Of a DNA stretch of 64,000 nt, positions 46,109-57,519 are shown one piece after another. A program made the translations under genes and the position numbers. Origin of the DNA: Hyphomicrobiales bacterium. Lineage in GTDB: Bacteria; Pseudomonadota; Alphaproteobacteria; Rhizobiales; Aestuariivirgaceae. The notes beneath the pieces are model-generated. The model was not told the origin of the DNA, did not search any database, and saw nothing but the letters and a program-made list of their open reading frames with translations. Position 1 is the stretch's first letter. The number at the start of each line of letters is the position of its first letter. The stretch lies in the NCBI GenBank assembly GCA_025359265.1, contig JANYHB010000035.1, forward strand, positions 58,084-122,083, given 5' to 3'.

Positions 46109-48406
46109 TTGAGCCTGCTTCCCACCCGCAACCGTATTTATCGCGCCATATGGACGGCTGACTCTTACGTCAGTTCGGCAGTTTATGAAGTTGGGCGATC
46201 GGCGCGGGCTTGCGGTTCGGCCTATTCGTCTTGGCTTTACCGCTGGTTTCGCCTGGTGGGGCTGAAGCGTATCGTTGTTGATCTGGTTGATGATGGTTTT
46301 ACGTTTTTGGTGGTGTTGGCTTTTGGGCTGTTGGCCTATGCTGTGCCGCCGTTTTCCGGCGCTGGTGATGTTTGGAATCGCGGTCGGCAATTTGCCATCA
46401 CTTTCACCGATCAAGAGGGCAATATCATCGGCAGGCGTGGCATCAGCCAGAACGACACCATTCCGCTTGAAGATGTTCCACCGGTTCTGATCAAGGCCGT
46501 GCTGGCTACCGAAGATGCGCGCTTTTATGATCACTTTGGTGTGGATGTCATCGGAACCTTGCGCGCCCTGGTGCATAACACGCGCGGGGGTTCCAAGCAG
46601 GGTGGTTCATCCATCACCCAGCAGGTGGTGAAAAATCTTTTTCTCTCACCTGAAAAAACCATGCGCCGCAAAGTGAACGAGGCATTCCTTTCGCTCTGGG
46701 TGGAAGAGCGACTGACAAAAAATGAAATTCTGAAACTTTATCTTGATCGATCTTATATGGGAGGCGGAACTTACGGGGTGGAAGCGGCCTCGCAGTTTTA
46801 TTTTGGCAAGTCGGTGCGTGACATCGCGTTGCCTGAGGCTGCCATTCTGGCTGGTCTGTTCAAGGCGCCCACGCAATATGCGCCGCACGCCAACCCAGAA
46901 GCCTCCAAGGCGCGGGCCAATGTGGTGCTTTACCGCATGCTTGATGCGGGTTTCATCAACCAAGGGGAATTGTTGCAAGCCAAACGTTCGCCGGCTCTCA
47001 TCGCACCGCCCAATGTGTTGGCCAGCCCGAATTGGTTTTTGGATTGGGCTTACCTCGACACGCTTGACGTGATTGCGCGGCAGAACCTCAAAAATGAGTT
47101 TGTGTTTGAGGTGAAAACAACCATCAACATGAAACTGCAAAATGCCTCGCAAGCCATTTTGAATGACGTGGTGGATAATCAGGGCCCACTTGGCCAATTT
47201 ACCCAAGCCGCCTCCATCACCATGGCGCCCGATGGTGCGGTGCGCTCTATAGTGGGCGGGCGTGACTATGGTGACAGCCAGTTTAACCGCGCCATCATTG
47301 CCAAGCGGCAAGTGGGCTCGTCGTTCAAGCCGTTTGTCTATCTCACGGCCCTTGAACATGGCTATAATCGCAACACGATGATGGAAGACAGCACAGCCTG
47401 CGTGGGCGAATGGTGCGTGCATAATTTCAACGCGGAATCATTTGGCCGCATTCCCTTGTGGCAAGCGTTGGCCCATTCGGTGAATACCATTGCGGTAAAA
47501 TTGATGATTGATGTGGGCCGCAAAAATGTGGAGGCCACCGCCCACCGCGTGGGCGTGCAAGGGTTGATTGATCCTTATCCAACCATGTCAATCGGCACCA
47601 GTTCCCTCACGCTGATTGATATGGCCACGGGCTATGCCACTTTTGCACAAGGCGGCAAGCTGGCGCACCCTTATGCGGTTCTTGAAATTCACAAACCAAA
47701 TGGTGAGCTGCTTTACAGCCATGCGGGCAATGAGAGAGATGCCCCACAAGTTGACCCTTACGACAAAGTGGCTGAGCTGAATTCTATGATGCATGACGTG
47801 GTGATGTCTGGCACAGCCACGCGCGCGCAGCTCGGGTATGCCCCCGTTGCTGGCAAAACGGGCACCAACGCCAACTACCGTGACGCCTGGTTTTTCGGAT
47901 TCACGGCACATCACGTGACGGGCGTGTGGGTGGGCAACGATGATAATACATCAATGGATTCGAGCAAGGCCAACGCAGTAACCGGTGGTCGCGTGCCCGG
48001 CCCGGCTTGGAAGCGTATCATGGATGTGGCGGAATTTGGCCTGAAGCCGGAAGGCTTGCCCGGCGTGCCGGTGGATGGAACTTATAAACCACCGCTGACG
48101 GCGCTTGACGATCCGGTTCTCAGTGCGGCGGTTCCAGTCACCATGTCCGCACCGGTATTGCCAACCCCTGACGAGGAAGCTGGCGCCGGAACGTCGGTTG
48201 CGTCAGCTGATCAAGTTGACAGCCAATCCAAGGATGTTCTGAACAGCATGATCGATTTGTTTCAAAACACCTCGGCGCCCGTCAGCCCGACGGTTGTCAG
48301 CAGACCACATTTAATTCACCATCGTGCTCCGGTTGTGCACCGGCAAGCCACTGTGGCTGCGGCGCGCAAGCCACGCAGCCTTCTTGATTTGATCTTTGGG
48401 CGCTAA
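46109..48406 (+). CDS. Class A penicillin-binding protein (PBP1A family)
   Basis: [37 protein letters not shown]; TTG start. Confidence 0.93.
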   Translation: MSLLPTRNRIYRAIWTADSYVSSAVYEVGRSARACGSAYSSWLYRWFRLVGLKRIVVDLVDDGFTFLVVLAFGLLAYAVPPFSGAGDVWNRGRQFAITFTDQEGNIIGRRGISQNDTIPLEDVPPVLIKAVLATEDARFYDHFGVDVIGTLRALVHNTRGGSKQGGSSITQQVVKNLFLSPEKTMRRKVNEAFLSLWVEERLTKNEILKLYLDRSYMGGGTYGVEAASQFYFGKSVRDIALPEAAILAGLFKAPTQYAPHANPEASKARANVVLYRMLDAGFINQGELLQAKRSPALIAPPNVLASPNWFLDWAYLDTLDVIARQNLKNEFVFEVKTTINMKLQNASQAILNDVVDNQGPLGQFTQAASITMAPDGAVRSIVGGRDYGDSQFNRAIIAKRQVGSSFKPFVYLTALEHGYNRNTMMEDSTACVGEWCVHNFNAESFGRIPLWQALAHSVNTIAVKLMIDVGRKNVEATAHRVGVQGLIDPYPTMSIGTSSLTLIDMATGYATFAQGGKLAHPYAVLEIHKPNGELLYSHAGNERDAPQVDPYDKVAELNSMMHDVVMSGTATRAQLGYAPVAGKTGTNANYRDAWFFGFTAHHVTGVWVGNDDNTSMDSSKANAVTGGRVPGPAWKRIMDVAEFGLKPEGLPGVPVDGTYKPPLTALDDPVLSAAVPVTMSAPVLPTPDEEAGAGTSVASADQVDSQSKDVLNSMIDLFQNTSAPVSPTVVSRPHLIHHRAPVVHRQATVAAARKPRSLLDLIFGR

Positions 48407-48482
48407 GGCTGAGGTATCCAGCCCAATTAAATTCAGCTATCAGATTTGGCGGGCAGTCATCATGCAGGCGAACATTTAATTC

Positions 48483-49025
48483 ATGAGATCTTCGATCGGC
48501 AGTGCCGTTTTATTGGTTGGAGCTGTAATGGGCTATATCACCGGCCAGCAAGCGCTGGGCCGCGCCGGTCAGGTGCTGGTTCCAGAGGGCAAGTGGGTGC
48601 AATACATATCCAGCCCGAAAGACACTTATGCCCTTTATGCCACTGGCCATTTTCGCAGCGCTGGCTTGCTTCCGCCCGGTCGCGCCACAAAGCTTTATGG
48701 GCGGGAAGTGGATGATGAAGGCAACAGCCTGCGCAGCTCCTGCAATTACCAACTCAGCGGCCATGAACCTGGTGCGCGTTGGTGGTCTATCAATGTTGCC
48801 CCGGCAGATGAACTTTCAGTGGCGGCTTCCTTCACCGCCCGCGATGCGATTTTAACGAGCGATGGAGATTTTTCTTTAGCCATTTCCAAACACGCATCGC
48901 CGGGCAACTGGTTGCAGCCCACTGATTTTGGGGCCATGCGGGTGATTATGATTATGAACGAGCCCTATGCATCGGCCAAAACAAATTCGGCACTGCCCGC
49001 GCTGAAAAAGTTGGCCTGCGAATGA
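48483..49025 (+). CDS. DUF1214-like protein
   Basis: N-terminal TM; DDEGNSLRSSCNYQL, ARWWSI; follows PBP1A. Confidence 0.7.
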   Translation: MRSSIGSAVLLVGAVMGYITGQQALGRAGQVLVPEGKWVQYISSPKDTYALYATGHFRSAGLLPPGRATKLYGREVDDEGNSLRSSCNYQLSGHEPGARWWSINVAPADELSVAASFTARDAILTSDGDFSLAISKHASPGNWLQPTDFGAMRVIMIMNEPYASAKTNSALPALKKLACE

Positions 49026-49579
49026 CGGCGCGTTTGTATTGGCTGTTCACGGCTGCCTTTTTGGGAATTGCCGTGCACATTGCCACAATCCTTTATCTGC
49101 CCAATGCAAGCTTCGGCCGCAATTTGGCGCGGGTGACCAATCAGGCGCCAAACAACTCATTCTTTGTGATGAAACCAGAGCAGCAGGTGGCACTTTTGGC
49201 CACGGCCACCGCGCAAGATATTGTGGGCTTGTGCCTTGTCGACGTGGCCAAAGGCAATGTCGTTATTTCTGCGCATGGCTTGAACCAGCTTTGGTCTGTG
49301 GCAATTTATAACGCTTCCGGCCATCAGGTTTATGCCATCAACGACGTTGAGGCGGGAACCGGTGATTTCAATATCGAACTCTCAAAATCGAAAAGTCTCT
49401 GGCAGCAAGTGGCTGGCAAGCCCGACGCAGAAGACGCAAAAGTGATTGAAAATATCGGCTGGCATGCCGAACTAAGCGAGAATTCGGCGATTGCGGTTTT
49501 ATGGATGCCGGTGCCTGATGCCAATCAACGCCCAGCGTTGGAATCTGTAGTGAGAGCGACAAGCTGCAAAGCCAAGTAA
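49022..49579 (+). CDS. DUF1254-like protein
   Basis: GIAVHIATILYLP, CLVDV..G, WSVAIYN..G...YAIND; coupled to the previous gene. Confidence 0.7.
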   Translation: MTARLYWLFTAAFLGIAVHIATILYLPNASFGRNLARVTNQAPNNSFFVMKPEQQVALLATATAQDIVGLCLVDVAKGNVVISAHGLNQLWSVAIYNASGHQVYAINDVEAGTGDFNIELSKSKSLWQQVAGKPDAEDAKVIENIGWHAELSENSAIAVLWMPVPDANQRPALESVVRATSCKAK

Positions 49580-49586
49580 GTGGAAT

Positions 49587-49787
49587 TTACTCTAATTCTT
49601 CAGCCGTTGCCTGGTTTTGCAGCGATGGCAGCCGCCGATTGCGAATAACCGAGGTTTGAATCATGTCGTCGGTGAGACGCTCTATGCGCACCCCGTGGAA
49701 GATTACAACATCAGCAGAATGACCAGCAGCAAAAGCGCTGCTGCGTCGCACGCCTGATTTGCCGTTTAGGATAAACACGTTGCTCAT
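49587..49787 (-). CDS. Small hypothetical protein (66 aa)
   Basis: ADVVIFHGVRIER resembles a motif of small conserved Rhizobiales proteins; GAGG upstream. Confidence 0.6.
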   Translation of the reverse strand: MSNVFILNGKSGVRRSSAFAAGHSADVVIFHGVRIERLTDDMIQTSVIRNRRLPSLQNQATAEELE

Positions 49788-49834
49788 GACCAGCTTCAAC
49801 CTTGCCTCAATGGGGCTAAGCTAAAAGCCGTTTG

Positions 49835-49850
49835 GTTAATAATCTTCTAA
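49835..49850 (-). promoter_or_regulatory. Near-consensus CtrA box
   Basis: Minus strand TTAG-N7-TTAAC versus consensus TTAA-N7-TTAAC. Confidence 0.45.
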
Positions 49851-49859
49851 AGGAAAAAG

Positions 49860-50201
49860 TTATTCTGCACTCCACTGCAAGCCGCCCATGCCCGAGCGGT
49901 CTTCAACTTCAACCACCCAGATATCACTATCGAATTTGCGCTGCTTTTCCATGTGGGTTCGGATTTCATCCCATGCAACGCGCTGGGGGAAAACTTTGCG
50001 AAATTGCCTTTCGCCACTTTCACTGTGCGAGGGGCCAGCGGGTGGACCGAGCAAATCATAAGTGTTGTCCAGGTGATTAACGGCCACGTAAACCGCGCCT
50101 GCTTCATCAGCACCTGCGGTGATAACCGCGCCGAACTTGCCCTGCGTCTCGCAGCGCCGCAGCAGACCCTCAACCCAAATGCGGGATTTGAGGCGAAACA
50201 T
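49860..50201 (-). CDS. DUF1491 family protein
   Basis: RLKSRIWV..LLRR, GADEAGAVY, FDSDIWVVEVEDR. Confidence 0.88.
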   Translation of the reverse strand: MFRLKSRIWVEGLLRRCETQGKFGAVITAGADEAGAVYVAVNHLDNTYDLLGPPAGPSHSESGERQFRKVFPQRVAWDEIRTHMEKQRKFDSDIWVVEVEDRSGMGGLQWSAE

Positions 50202-50226
50202 TATTTGGGTGAGTCTTCTTGCACGT

Positions 50227-52518
50227 TCAAGGTGCCAACTTCGCCGCGGCTGCGGCCTCAGCCACGGCGATTGATGAAATGTTCATAACGCCGCGCGCCG
50301 TAACCGAACCTGTGAGAATATGGGCGGGCTTTTTGGTACCCAGTAAAATCGGGCCCACGGACAGAGAATCGCCAAAAACCTTGATGGCCTGATAGGCCAC
50401 ATTGGCTGAGGAAAGATCAGGCATGACCAGCAAATTTGCCTCGCCTTGCAAGCGCGAGTCTGAAAGTTTGCGCAGGCGCACCTCTTCTATGAGAGCCGTG
50501 TTCAAACGCATTTCACCTTCGATTTCCAAATCCGGCTGGTCTTTGCGGATCAGCGCCAAAGCATCGCGCATCTTCACCGACAGGGGGGTATCAAAATCGC
50601 CGAAATCAGAATGTGAAACCAGGGCCACTTTGGCTTTGAGGCCAAAACGTTCCAAGTGATCAACGCACAGTTTTACGGTGTCAGAAATATCCTGCGCATT
50701 GGGGTTTGGCTGCACATGCGTATCAGCCAAGAATACAATGCCGCGCGAGGTGATCATCAAGCTCATGGCAGCCAACTGCTTTACACCTGGTGCCAATCCG
50801 ATGATATCAAGGATCACGCGGAGCTTGGAACGATAGCGGCCTTCCAGCCCACAGACCATGGCTTCAGCCTCACCGCGGTGCAAGGCGAGTGCGGCAATCA
50901 CCGTGTTGTTGGTGCGCACCAGTGTTCTTGCTTCATCGAGGGTAACGCCTTTGCGGCCCGCCACTTCCACATAGGTCTGCACATAATCACGGTACCGCGG
51001 ATCATCTTCCGGATTGGTGATTTGAAAGTCCACGCCCGGCTTGATTGTAAGGCCATAACGCTTCAGGCGCGTTTCAATCACGGCGGGGCGGCCCACAAGA
51101 ATGGGCTTGGCCAATTTTTCTTCGATCAATGCCTGGGCCGCACGCAGCACGCGCTCATCCTCGCCATCGGCATAGATCACGCGCGATGGCGCCTTGCGCG
51201 CCGCCTGATAAATCTCGCGCATGATGAAGCCAGATTTGAAAACAAACCGTTGCAGCTTGTCGAGATAGGCGTCCATATCCGCAATCGGGCGCGTGGCAAC
51301 GCCGCTGGCCATGGCCGCCTTGGCCACCGCCGGGGCGATGCGCAAAATAAGTCGCGGATCAAACGGGGATGGAATCAACTGGTTTCGGCCAAACAATCGT
51401 GCTTCACCGCCATAAGCGCGGGCGGCGACATCTGATGGGGCTTCACGCGCCAGCGCGGCAATCGCCTCAATCGCGGCTTGTTTCATCTCTTCGTTGATTG
51501 TGGTGGCACCCACGTCCAAGGCACCGCGAAAAATATAAGGAAAGCATAGAACGTTATTCACTTGATTGGGATAATCCGAACGCCCGGTGCAAATGTAAGC
51601 ATCTGGGCGCAAGGCAAAAGCTTCTTCCGGCATGATTTCAGGATTGGGGTTGGCAAGCGCGAGGATGAGCGGGTTTTTAGCCAGCTGCTTCACCATGTCG
51701 GGCTTCAAAACGCCGCCCGCAGAAAGGCCAAGAAACACATCTGCGCCTTGGATCACATCTGCCAATTTCCGCGCTTGCGTGTCTTGCGCGAAAACTGATT
51801 TCCAACGATCCATCAGTTCCTTGCGTCCGGTGTAAACCACACCCTCCAAATCCGACACCCAGATATTTTTTGGATCAGCACCGATGGCGACGAGTTGGTT
51901 CAAGCAAGCAAGCGCTGCCGCCCCTGCCCCTGATGCAACGATTTTGACTTTTTCAATTTTCTTTTTGGCCAAAGTAAGCGCGTTGGTTACGGCAGCGGCC
52001 ACGATCACTGCGGTGCCATGCTGATCATCATGGAACACCGGAATTTTCATCCGCTCGCGCAAGCGCCGCTCCACCTCAAAACATTCCGGGGCTTTGATGT
52101 CTTCCAGGTTAATGCCGCCGAAGGTGGGTTCCAGGGCCGCAATGGCGTTCACCAATTCATCCACATCGGTGGGCGACACTTCAATATCGAATACGTCAAT
52201 ATCGGCAAATTTTTTGAAGAGAACCGCTTTACCTTCCATCACTGGCTTGGCCGCCAAAGGGCCAATGTTGCCGAGGCCCAACACGGCTGTGCCATTGGAT
52301 ACAACGCCCACCAGATTTCCGCGCGCGGTATATTTTGCAGCCAAGCTCGGGTCTGCATGAATGGCTTCAGAAACGGCGGCCACGCCGGGTGAATAGGCCA
52401 GCGCCAAATCACGCTGGTTGGCCAGCGGTTTCGTCGGGCGCACCTCTAATTTTCCGGGCCTGCCCTGCTCATGATACAACAGAGAACCCGTCCGAATGTC
52501 GTTGATTGGTTGCGCCAT
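50227..52518 (-). CDS. maeB: NADP-dependent malic enzyme with PTA-like domain
   Basis: [55 protein letters not shown]. Confidence 0.95.
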   Translation of the reverse strand: MAQPINDIRTGSLLYHEQGRPGKLEVRPTKPLANQRDLALAYSPGVAAVSEAIHADPSLAAKYTARGNLVGVVSNGTAVLGLGNIGPLAAKPVMEGKAVLFKKFADIDVFDIEVSPTDVDELVNAIAALEPTFGGINLEDIKAPECFEVERRLRERMKIPVFHDDQHGTAVIVAAAVTNALTLAKKKIEKVKIVASGAGAAALACLNQLVAIGADPKNIWVSDLEGVVYTGRKELMDRWKSVFAQDTQARKLADVIQGADVFLGLSAGGVLKPDMVKQLAKNPLILALANPNPEIMPEEAFALRPDAYICTGRSDYPNQVNNVLCFPYIFRGALDVGATTINEEMKQAAIEAIAALAREAPSDVAARAYGGEARLFGRNQLIPSPFDPRLILRIAPAVAKAAMASGVATRPIADMDAYLDKLQRFVFKSGFIMREIYQAARKAPSRVIYADGEDERVLRAAQALIEEKLAKPILVGRPAVIETRLKRYGLTIKPGVDFQITNPEDDPRYRDYVQTYVEVAGRKGVTLDEARTLVRTNNTVIAALALHRGEAEAMVCGLEGRYRSKLRVILDIIGLAPGVKQLAAMSLMITSRGIVFLADTHVQPNPNAQDISDTVKLCVDHLERFGLKAKVALVSHSDFGDFDTPLSVKMRDALALIRKDQPDLEIEGEMRLNTALIEEVRLRKLSDSRLQGEANLLVMPDLSSANVAYQAIKVFGDSLSVGPILLGTKKPAHILTGSVTARGVMNISSIAVAEAAAAAKLAP

Positions 52519-52597
52519 GATGCTCCGCTTCGGCTTTTGTTTGTATTACGGACTCACTTGAGCCCCAGCCTTAGGTTTATTTTAGGTGGAAACGCGG

Positions 52598-53092
52598 TCA
52601 CAGACCAGATGCTGCATCAATTAACCATTCCCAAACAGAAAGTGCGAAACTGCGCATCGCATAAATATGGAAACTTTCGGGGCCGGTGCAGTGCACAAGA
52701 ACCGGGGTGTGATGGATGCCCGTCATCACATAGGCACCTGTTGCAAAGCTGGCGCGGGAAAAATCCACGGCCGCGCAAACTTGCAAAACGGCGCGGGCTT
52801 TTTCCCCAAAAAGGGCAATGCGGCAACGGCTGGAGGAGAGATTTGTGATTGAACTGTGCCGCGTTTCCAATTCTTTGCCGATCACCCAGATTTGGGCTGA
52901 GTTTATACGAAAGAACGTGCGGCCCTCGCTCTTTTCATTTTTGCCGAAAGCCGCTTCAACAGAAAGTTCACGCAGCAGCACGCGCTCTGGCCCTGAATAT
53001 TGTATGAGCATGAAGCCACCGGCCTCACGCATGGTCAGGCCGGTTGTTTCAAAACGCGCATCACCGCCCAAGGGGGAATGTTGATCAAGCAT
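52598..53092 (-). CDS. soxG: Sarcosine oxidase-family gamma subunit (operon 2)
   Basis: Last gene of the soxBDA run; CAAVDF, IYAMRSFALSVWEWL. Confidence 0.75.
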   Translation of the reverse strand: MLDQHSPLGGDARFETTGLTMREAGGFMLIQYSGPERVLLRELSVEAAFGKNEKSEGRTFFRINSAQIWVIGKELETRHSSITNLSSSRCRIALFGEKARAVLQVCAAVDFSRASFATGAYVMTGIHHTPVLVHCTGPESFHIYAMRSFALSVWEWLIDAASGL

Positions 53093-55991
53093 TAAGCCGT
53101 GTTCCTTCCCTGTCGATGAAATGGGGTGAAACAATGCGCAAGCGAACCTTTTCGTTCTTCAATGGAAAGGCGGCGATAATTTCTTCGTTCTCATGGGCCA
53201 AGCCGCCTTGATAAAGGCCCAGCGCCACGTAGATTTGCAAATCCGTGCTCCACGTCACTGAGGTTATATAGCCGCGACCATGGCCCTTGATCTCATCTTT
53301 GGCAGCAAAAAGAATGGCACCGCCGCGCAATTTTTTGCCAGGCTCCAAAAGTTCAAGCCCGACAAGACTCCAGCGCTCTGGCGCCATCATATCTTCGCGC
53401 ATTCTCAATGTGTCACCCACAAACGACTTTTTGCTGGAAGCCATTTTGCCCAAGCCCAGATCATCCAAGGAGTTGCGGTGATCAAGTTCCAAACCGGCCA
53501 CATGGCCTTTTTCGATACGCAAACTGGCCAGGGCTTCAAGTCCGTAGGGTTTCAGACCCGCAGACGCACCCATCTTCAGCACATGCTCCCACAAGCCTTG
53601 GGTGAAATTAGCGGGGCAATGAATTTCGTAACCCAGCTCTCCCGAGAATGAAAGGCGTAGAATACGAATGGGCACTTTCTCATATTCGATATCTTTTACG
53701 GCCATATAAGGCAGCGCGGAATCGGATAGATCTTCCTCCGGGAAGGCGCGTTCCAGAACCTGCCGCGCGTTGGGGCCAGACAAGGCCATGCCGCCCCACT
53801 CATCGGTGAGCGAGGTAACGTGAACGTCCAGATCCGGCCAGTGGCATTGCAGCAGATATTCCAGCCAGCTCATCACCTCACCCGCTTGGGCGGTGGTGGT
53901 GGTCATATAAAATTTTGTTTCAGAAATGCGGCTGGTGGTGCCGTCATCCAACACCAAGCCATCATCATTCAACATCACGCCATAGCGGGCGCGGCCAACG
54001 GCAAGCTTGGCAAATCCGTTCACATAGACGCGGTTGAGAAACTCAGCCGCATCTTTGCCCTGCACATCAATTTTGCCCAGTGTGGAAACATCTGAAAGGC
54101 CCACATTGTGGCGCACCAGTTCCATTTCTTTGAGATAGGCTTCGTGCGGCGTTTTTCCGGCCCAGTTATAATACCATGCCCGCTTCCACAGGCCGGCATC
54201 AATCATGGTTGCGCCGTTTTGCTCATGCCAGTCATGCAAGGGAGAGCGGCGTGTGGGGCGGAAATGTTGGCCCAAGCTTCGGCCCACAATCGCCCCGACG
54301 GTGAGCGGCGTGAACGGCGGGCGGAAAGTGGTTGTGCCCACTTGCGAAATCGGCACGTCACGTAAATTGGCCAACATCGCCAGCGCATTGATATTGGAGG
54401 TTTTGCCTTGATCGGTGCCCATGCCCAGCGTGGTATAACGCTTCAGGTGTTCGATGTTGGTATAGCCTTCATCGCGGGCCTGGGCGATGTCTTTGGCAGT
54501 CACATCATTCTGGAAATCCACAAAAGCAAAGCGGCTTTTGCTTGGTGAGACACTTGGCAAAATGGCAAGGCCCCGATCTGCCTCAAGCGGCGGAACGTCG
54601 GTTTTGTTGATGGCCTTCTTGCCCAAAGCGGCCAGCACCGCACTGGCTTGGGCCTGCCCGGTATTGATGGCAGCCAAGGTGCCGAAACTGCCATTGCACG
54701 CGCCCGCCACATAGTGGCCGGTTGCCAAGGGGCCGGGCACGAAGGCTTGCACACTGGGGTTAAATTGCGGTTTTGAACCCACTTGAGACGTCAGATGCAC
54801 CAAGGGGCTCCACCCGCCACTCATGCCCAAAAGGTCACAACTCAATCTCACATGATGCGGGCCACCCAGCATAACGGCTTCAATTCGGCGTTTTCCGGCC
54901 ACGGCTGCAATGCTGCTGCCCGCAAACACCACAACGCCAAGACTTGCGGATTTTGCCAAAAGTTCACCGGCGATGCCGTTGCGCTCATCCGCGATCATCA
55001 CGGTGGCTCCAAGCGTCACCAAATCGAAGGCGGTTTCATAGGCGCTGTCATTGTTGGTGGCGATGATGCAGCGCTTGCTTGGCAGTAAGGCAAAGCGATT
55101 GGCATAGGTGCGCAAAGCGGAGGCCAACATAACGCCAGGCAGATCATTATCGTCGAACACCAACGGCCGCTCCACGGCGCCGGTTGCAAAAATAATCGTC
55201 CGTGCACGGAGTGATTCCACCATCGTGCCGCCGATGGCGATGATGGCCTGATTGCCATCAAACAGGCCTTGCACGGTGGCGCGCGTGAGCAGGCGAAGGT
55301 TTTCGGCGCGGTTCAGTGTGGCCAGTGTCGCCTCGCGCCACGCCAACAGGTTTTCATTTTGCGAAGACAGAATGCTGCCGCCCAATTCGAAATCTTGTTC
55401 GGCCAAAGTTACACTCACCCCGGTGCCTGCCAAGGCGAGGGCGGCGGCCAGGCCTGCCGGGCCGGAACCGATGATCAGCACATCACTGAATGCGTTGCGC
55501 GTGTTGTGGCGGGCTGCAGTGCCTTGCGTGCCCGTTTTTCCCAGGCCTGCCGCGTGGCGAATGTGCGGCTCATAAAACATCCAGCTTTTGAGGCGCGGCC
55601 CCATAAAGGTTTTATAATAAAAGCCCGCCCCAAAAATTGGCGCGAAAAGCTGGTTGACAGCCCTGAGATCAAAACTCAGCGCGGGCCAGGCATTTTGGCT
55701 TTTGGCGCGCAAGTTTTCGGTTAACTCCAGGCAAGTGCCAATTACATTGACTTGCTCTGTGCCATCTTTGCCGATGGTAAACAGCGCATTTGGCTCTTCC
55801 ACGCCTGCGCCCACGATGCCGCGCGGGCGGTGATATTTGAAGCTGCGGCCAACCAGAAGTCTGTCATTGGCCAGCAAAGCTGAAGCCAGCGTATCGCCGG
55901 AAAGGCCTTTCAGCCGTTTACCATTGAAGCGGAACTTCACGGATTTGTCGCGGTCAAGCCGGCCACCAGATGTGAGACGCCTGAAACTCAC
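53085..55991 (-). CDS. soxA: Sarcosine oxidase-family alpha subunit (operon 2)
   Basis: GRSFKYHRPRG, HLKRYTTLGMGTDQGKTSN, GcvT-like domain. Confidence 0.92.
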   Translation of the reverse strand: MSFRRLTSGGRLDRDKSVKFRFNGKRLKGLSGDTLASALLANDRLLVGRSFKYHRPRGIVGAGVEEPNALFTIGKDGTEQVNVIGTCLELTENLRAKSQNAWPALSFDLRAVNQLFAPIFGAGFYYKTFMGPRLKSWMFYEPHIRHAAGLGKTGTQGTAARHNTRNAFSDVLIIGSGPAGLAAALALAGTGVSVTLAEQDFELGGSILSSQNENLLAWREATLATLNRAENLRLLTRATVQGLFDGNQAIIAIGGTMVESLRARTIIFATGAVERPLVFDDNDLPGVMLASALRTYANRFALLPSKRCIIATNNDSAYETAFDLVTLGATVMIADERNGIAGELLAKSASLGVVVFAGSSIAAVAGKRRIEAVMLGGPHHVRLSCDLLGMSGGWSPLVHLTSQVGSKPQFNPSVQAFVPGPLATGHYVAGACNGSFGTLAAINTGQAQASAVLAALGKKAINKTDVPPLEADRGLAILPSVSPSKSRFAFVDFQNDVTAKDIAQARDEGYTNIEHLKRYTTLGMGTDQGKTSNINALAMLANLRDVPISQVGTTTFRPPFTPLTVGAIVGRSLGQHFRPTRRSPLHDWHEQNGATMIDAGLWKRAWYYNWAGKTPHEAYLKEMELVRHNVGLSDVSTLGKIDVQGKDAAEFLNRVYVNGFAKLAVGRARYGVMLNDDGLVLDDGTTSRISETKFYMTTTTAQAGEVMSWLEYLLQCHWPDLDVHVTSLTDEWGGMALSGPNARQVLERAFPEEDLSDSALPYMAVKDIEYEKVPIRILRLSFSGELGYEIHCPANFTQGLWEHVLKMGASAGLKPYGLEALASLRIEKGHVAGLELDHRNSLDDLGLGKMASSKKSFVGDTLRMREDMMAPERWSLVGLELLEPGKKLRGGAILFAAKDEIKGHGRGYITSVTWSTDLQIYVALGLYQGGLAHENEEIIAAFPLKNEKVRLRIVSPHFIDREGTRLNA

Positions 55992-56233
55992 GCGCCACCC
56001 CCCAAAATTTCATTGGTGGCGGTGTTGCGTTTTAACTTAAACCATTGCCGACAGCCTAAAGTGTGTTGCCAGAATTCTTCGTGTGGGCCTTTGGGATTAT
56101 CAAAAGTAAACACATATTCATGCCAGACTTTCAATCCCCCTGCCCCTGGTCCGGGGCGCTTTTTGGTGGCGTCTCCACCATAGCGAAATTCGCTCACGTC
56201 GCGCGCTCCACATTGCGGGCATGGAATTCTCAT
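55988..56233 (-). CDS. soxD: Sarcosine oxidase-family delta subunit (operon 2)
   Basis: MRIPCPQCG...WQHTLGCRQW..L.RNT.T. Confidence 0.92.
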   Translation of the reverse strand: MRIPCPQCGARDVSEFRYGGDATKKRPGPGAGGLKVWHEYVFTFDNPKGPHEEFWQHTLGCRQWFKLKRNTATNEILGGGA

Positions 56234-57489
56234 TGCTTATACGTCCAGTTGCCAACGCCGTGTTCATCAAGCTCTTTGCCCTTCATCAACCGGTCAAGCG
56301 CGAACCCTGCGCTGAGGTGGTGCGCCTCGTTCTTTGCCATGGTGTGGGCAAAGGTGAAGCCCGATGCCGGCGTTGCCTTGAATCCCTGATAGCACCAGCC
56401 ACCGTTGAGATAGAGGCCATCAATGGGTGTGGTGCAGATGAAGGGTGAGCCATCCGGCGTCATATCCACAAGGCCGCCCCACGCCCGCAACAAGCGCATG
56501 CGTGACATAAAGGGCATGAGAGCCACGGCGCATTCCATCACTTCTTTGGCTTTGAAAAATTGGCCGCGTTGGGTGTAGGTGTTGAAACCATCAATGTGGC
56601 CGCCGAACACCATGCCGCCCTTATCCGATTGTGAAAGATAAAAAAGCTCGGCACCCCAGGAAACCACATGATGCACCATGGGCTTTACCGGTTCGGTGAC
56701 GAAGGCTTGCAACACGTGGCTCTCCACCGGCAATCGCAAACCCGCCATTTTGGCCACATGCGATGTGTGGCCAGCAACGGCGATTCCCACTTTGTCGGAA
56801 AGGATGCGGCCGCGCGTTGTTTCAACGCCCGTCACGGTGTTATCAGCTTTGAGAATGCCGGTAACCTCGCAATTCTCTATAATGTGAACACCCAATTGCG
56901 AAGCCGCCCTTGCATAACCCCAAGCCACAGCATCATGGCGCACGGTTCCGGCGCGCGGCTGGTGCAAGGCCCCCCAAATCGGGTATCGCGCGCTCTTGGA
57001 ATAATCCAGATACGGCAGCTCTTTCTCAAGCTCTTGGCGATCCAGCAACTCGGCATCGATTCCGTTCAGGCGCATAATGTTGCCGCGCCTGGCAAAACTG
57101 TCCATCTGGGTGGGGCTTATGCCTACGGTAATTTGCCCACGATGCGAAACCATGCAGTTAAAATCCAGCTCATGGGACAGGCCTTCCCACATTTTCAATG
57201 ACTTCTCAAAGAAGGCGGTGTTGGCACCCAGCATATAATTTGAGCGGATGATGGTGGTGTTGCGGCCCACATTGCCAGAGCCGATGTGCCCCTTCTCCAA
57301 AACCGCGATATTTTTCAGGCCATGATTTTTCGCCAAATAATAGGCGGTGGCCAACCCATGCCCGCCGCCGCCTATGACGATGGCATCATAGCTGGATTTT
57401 GGTTCAGGCTTGGCCCAAGCCTCTGGCCACGGTTGCTTGGGGCGCAACGCGTGTTTCAGAATTGAGAATATCGAATAGCCCCTCGCCAT
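56230..57489 (-). CDS. soxB: Sarcosine oxidase-family beta subunit (operon 2)
   Basis: GGGGHGLATAYYLAK, GSGNVGRNTTIIRSNY, GFKATPASG. Confidence 0.92.
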   Translation of the reverse strand: MARGYSIFSILKHALRPKQPWPEAWAKPEPKSSYDAIVIGGGGHGLATAYYLAKNHGLKNIAVLEKGHIGSGNVGRNTTIIRSNYMLGANTAFFEKSLKMWEGLSHELDFNCMVSHRGQITVGISPTQMDSFARRGNIMRLNGIDAELLDRQELEKELPYLDYSKSARYPIWGALHQPRAGTVRHDAVAWGYARAASQLGVHIIENCEVTGILKADNTVTGVETTRGRILSDKVGIAVAGHTSHVAKMAGLRLPVESHVLQAFVTEPVKPMVHHVVSWGAELFYLSQSDKGGMVFGGHIDGFNTYTQRGQFFKAKEVMECAVALMPFMSRMRLLRAWGGLVDMTPDGSPFICTTPIDGLYLNGGWCYQGFKATPASGFTFAHTMAKNEAHHLSAGFALDRLMKGKELDEHGVGNWTYKQ

Positions 57490-57519
57490 AAATCACATCT
57501 TAGACCAAAAGTCGCGCGG

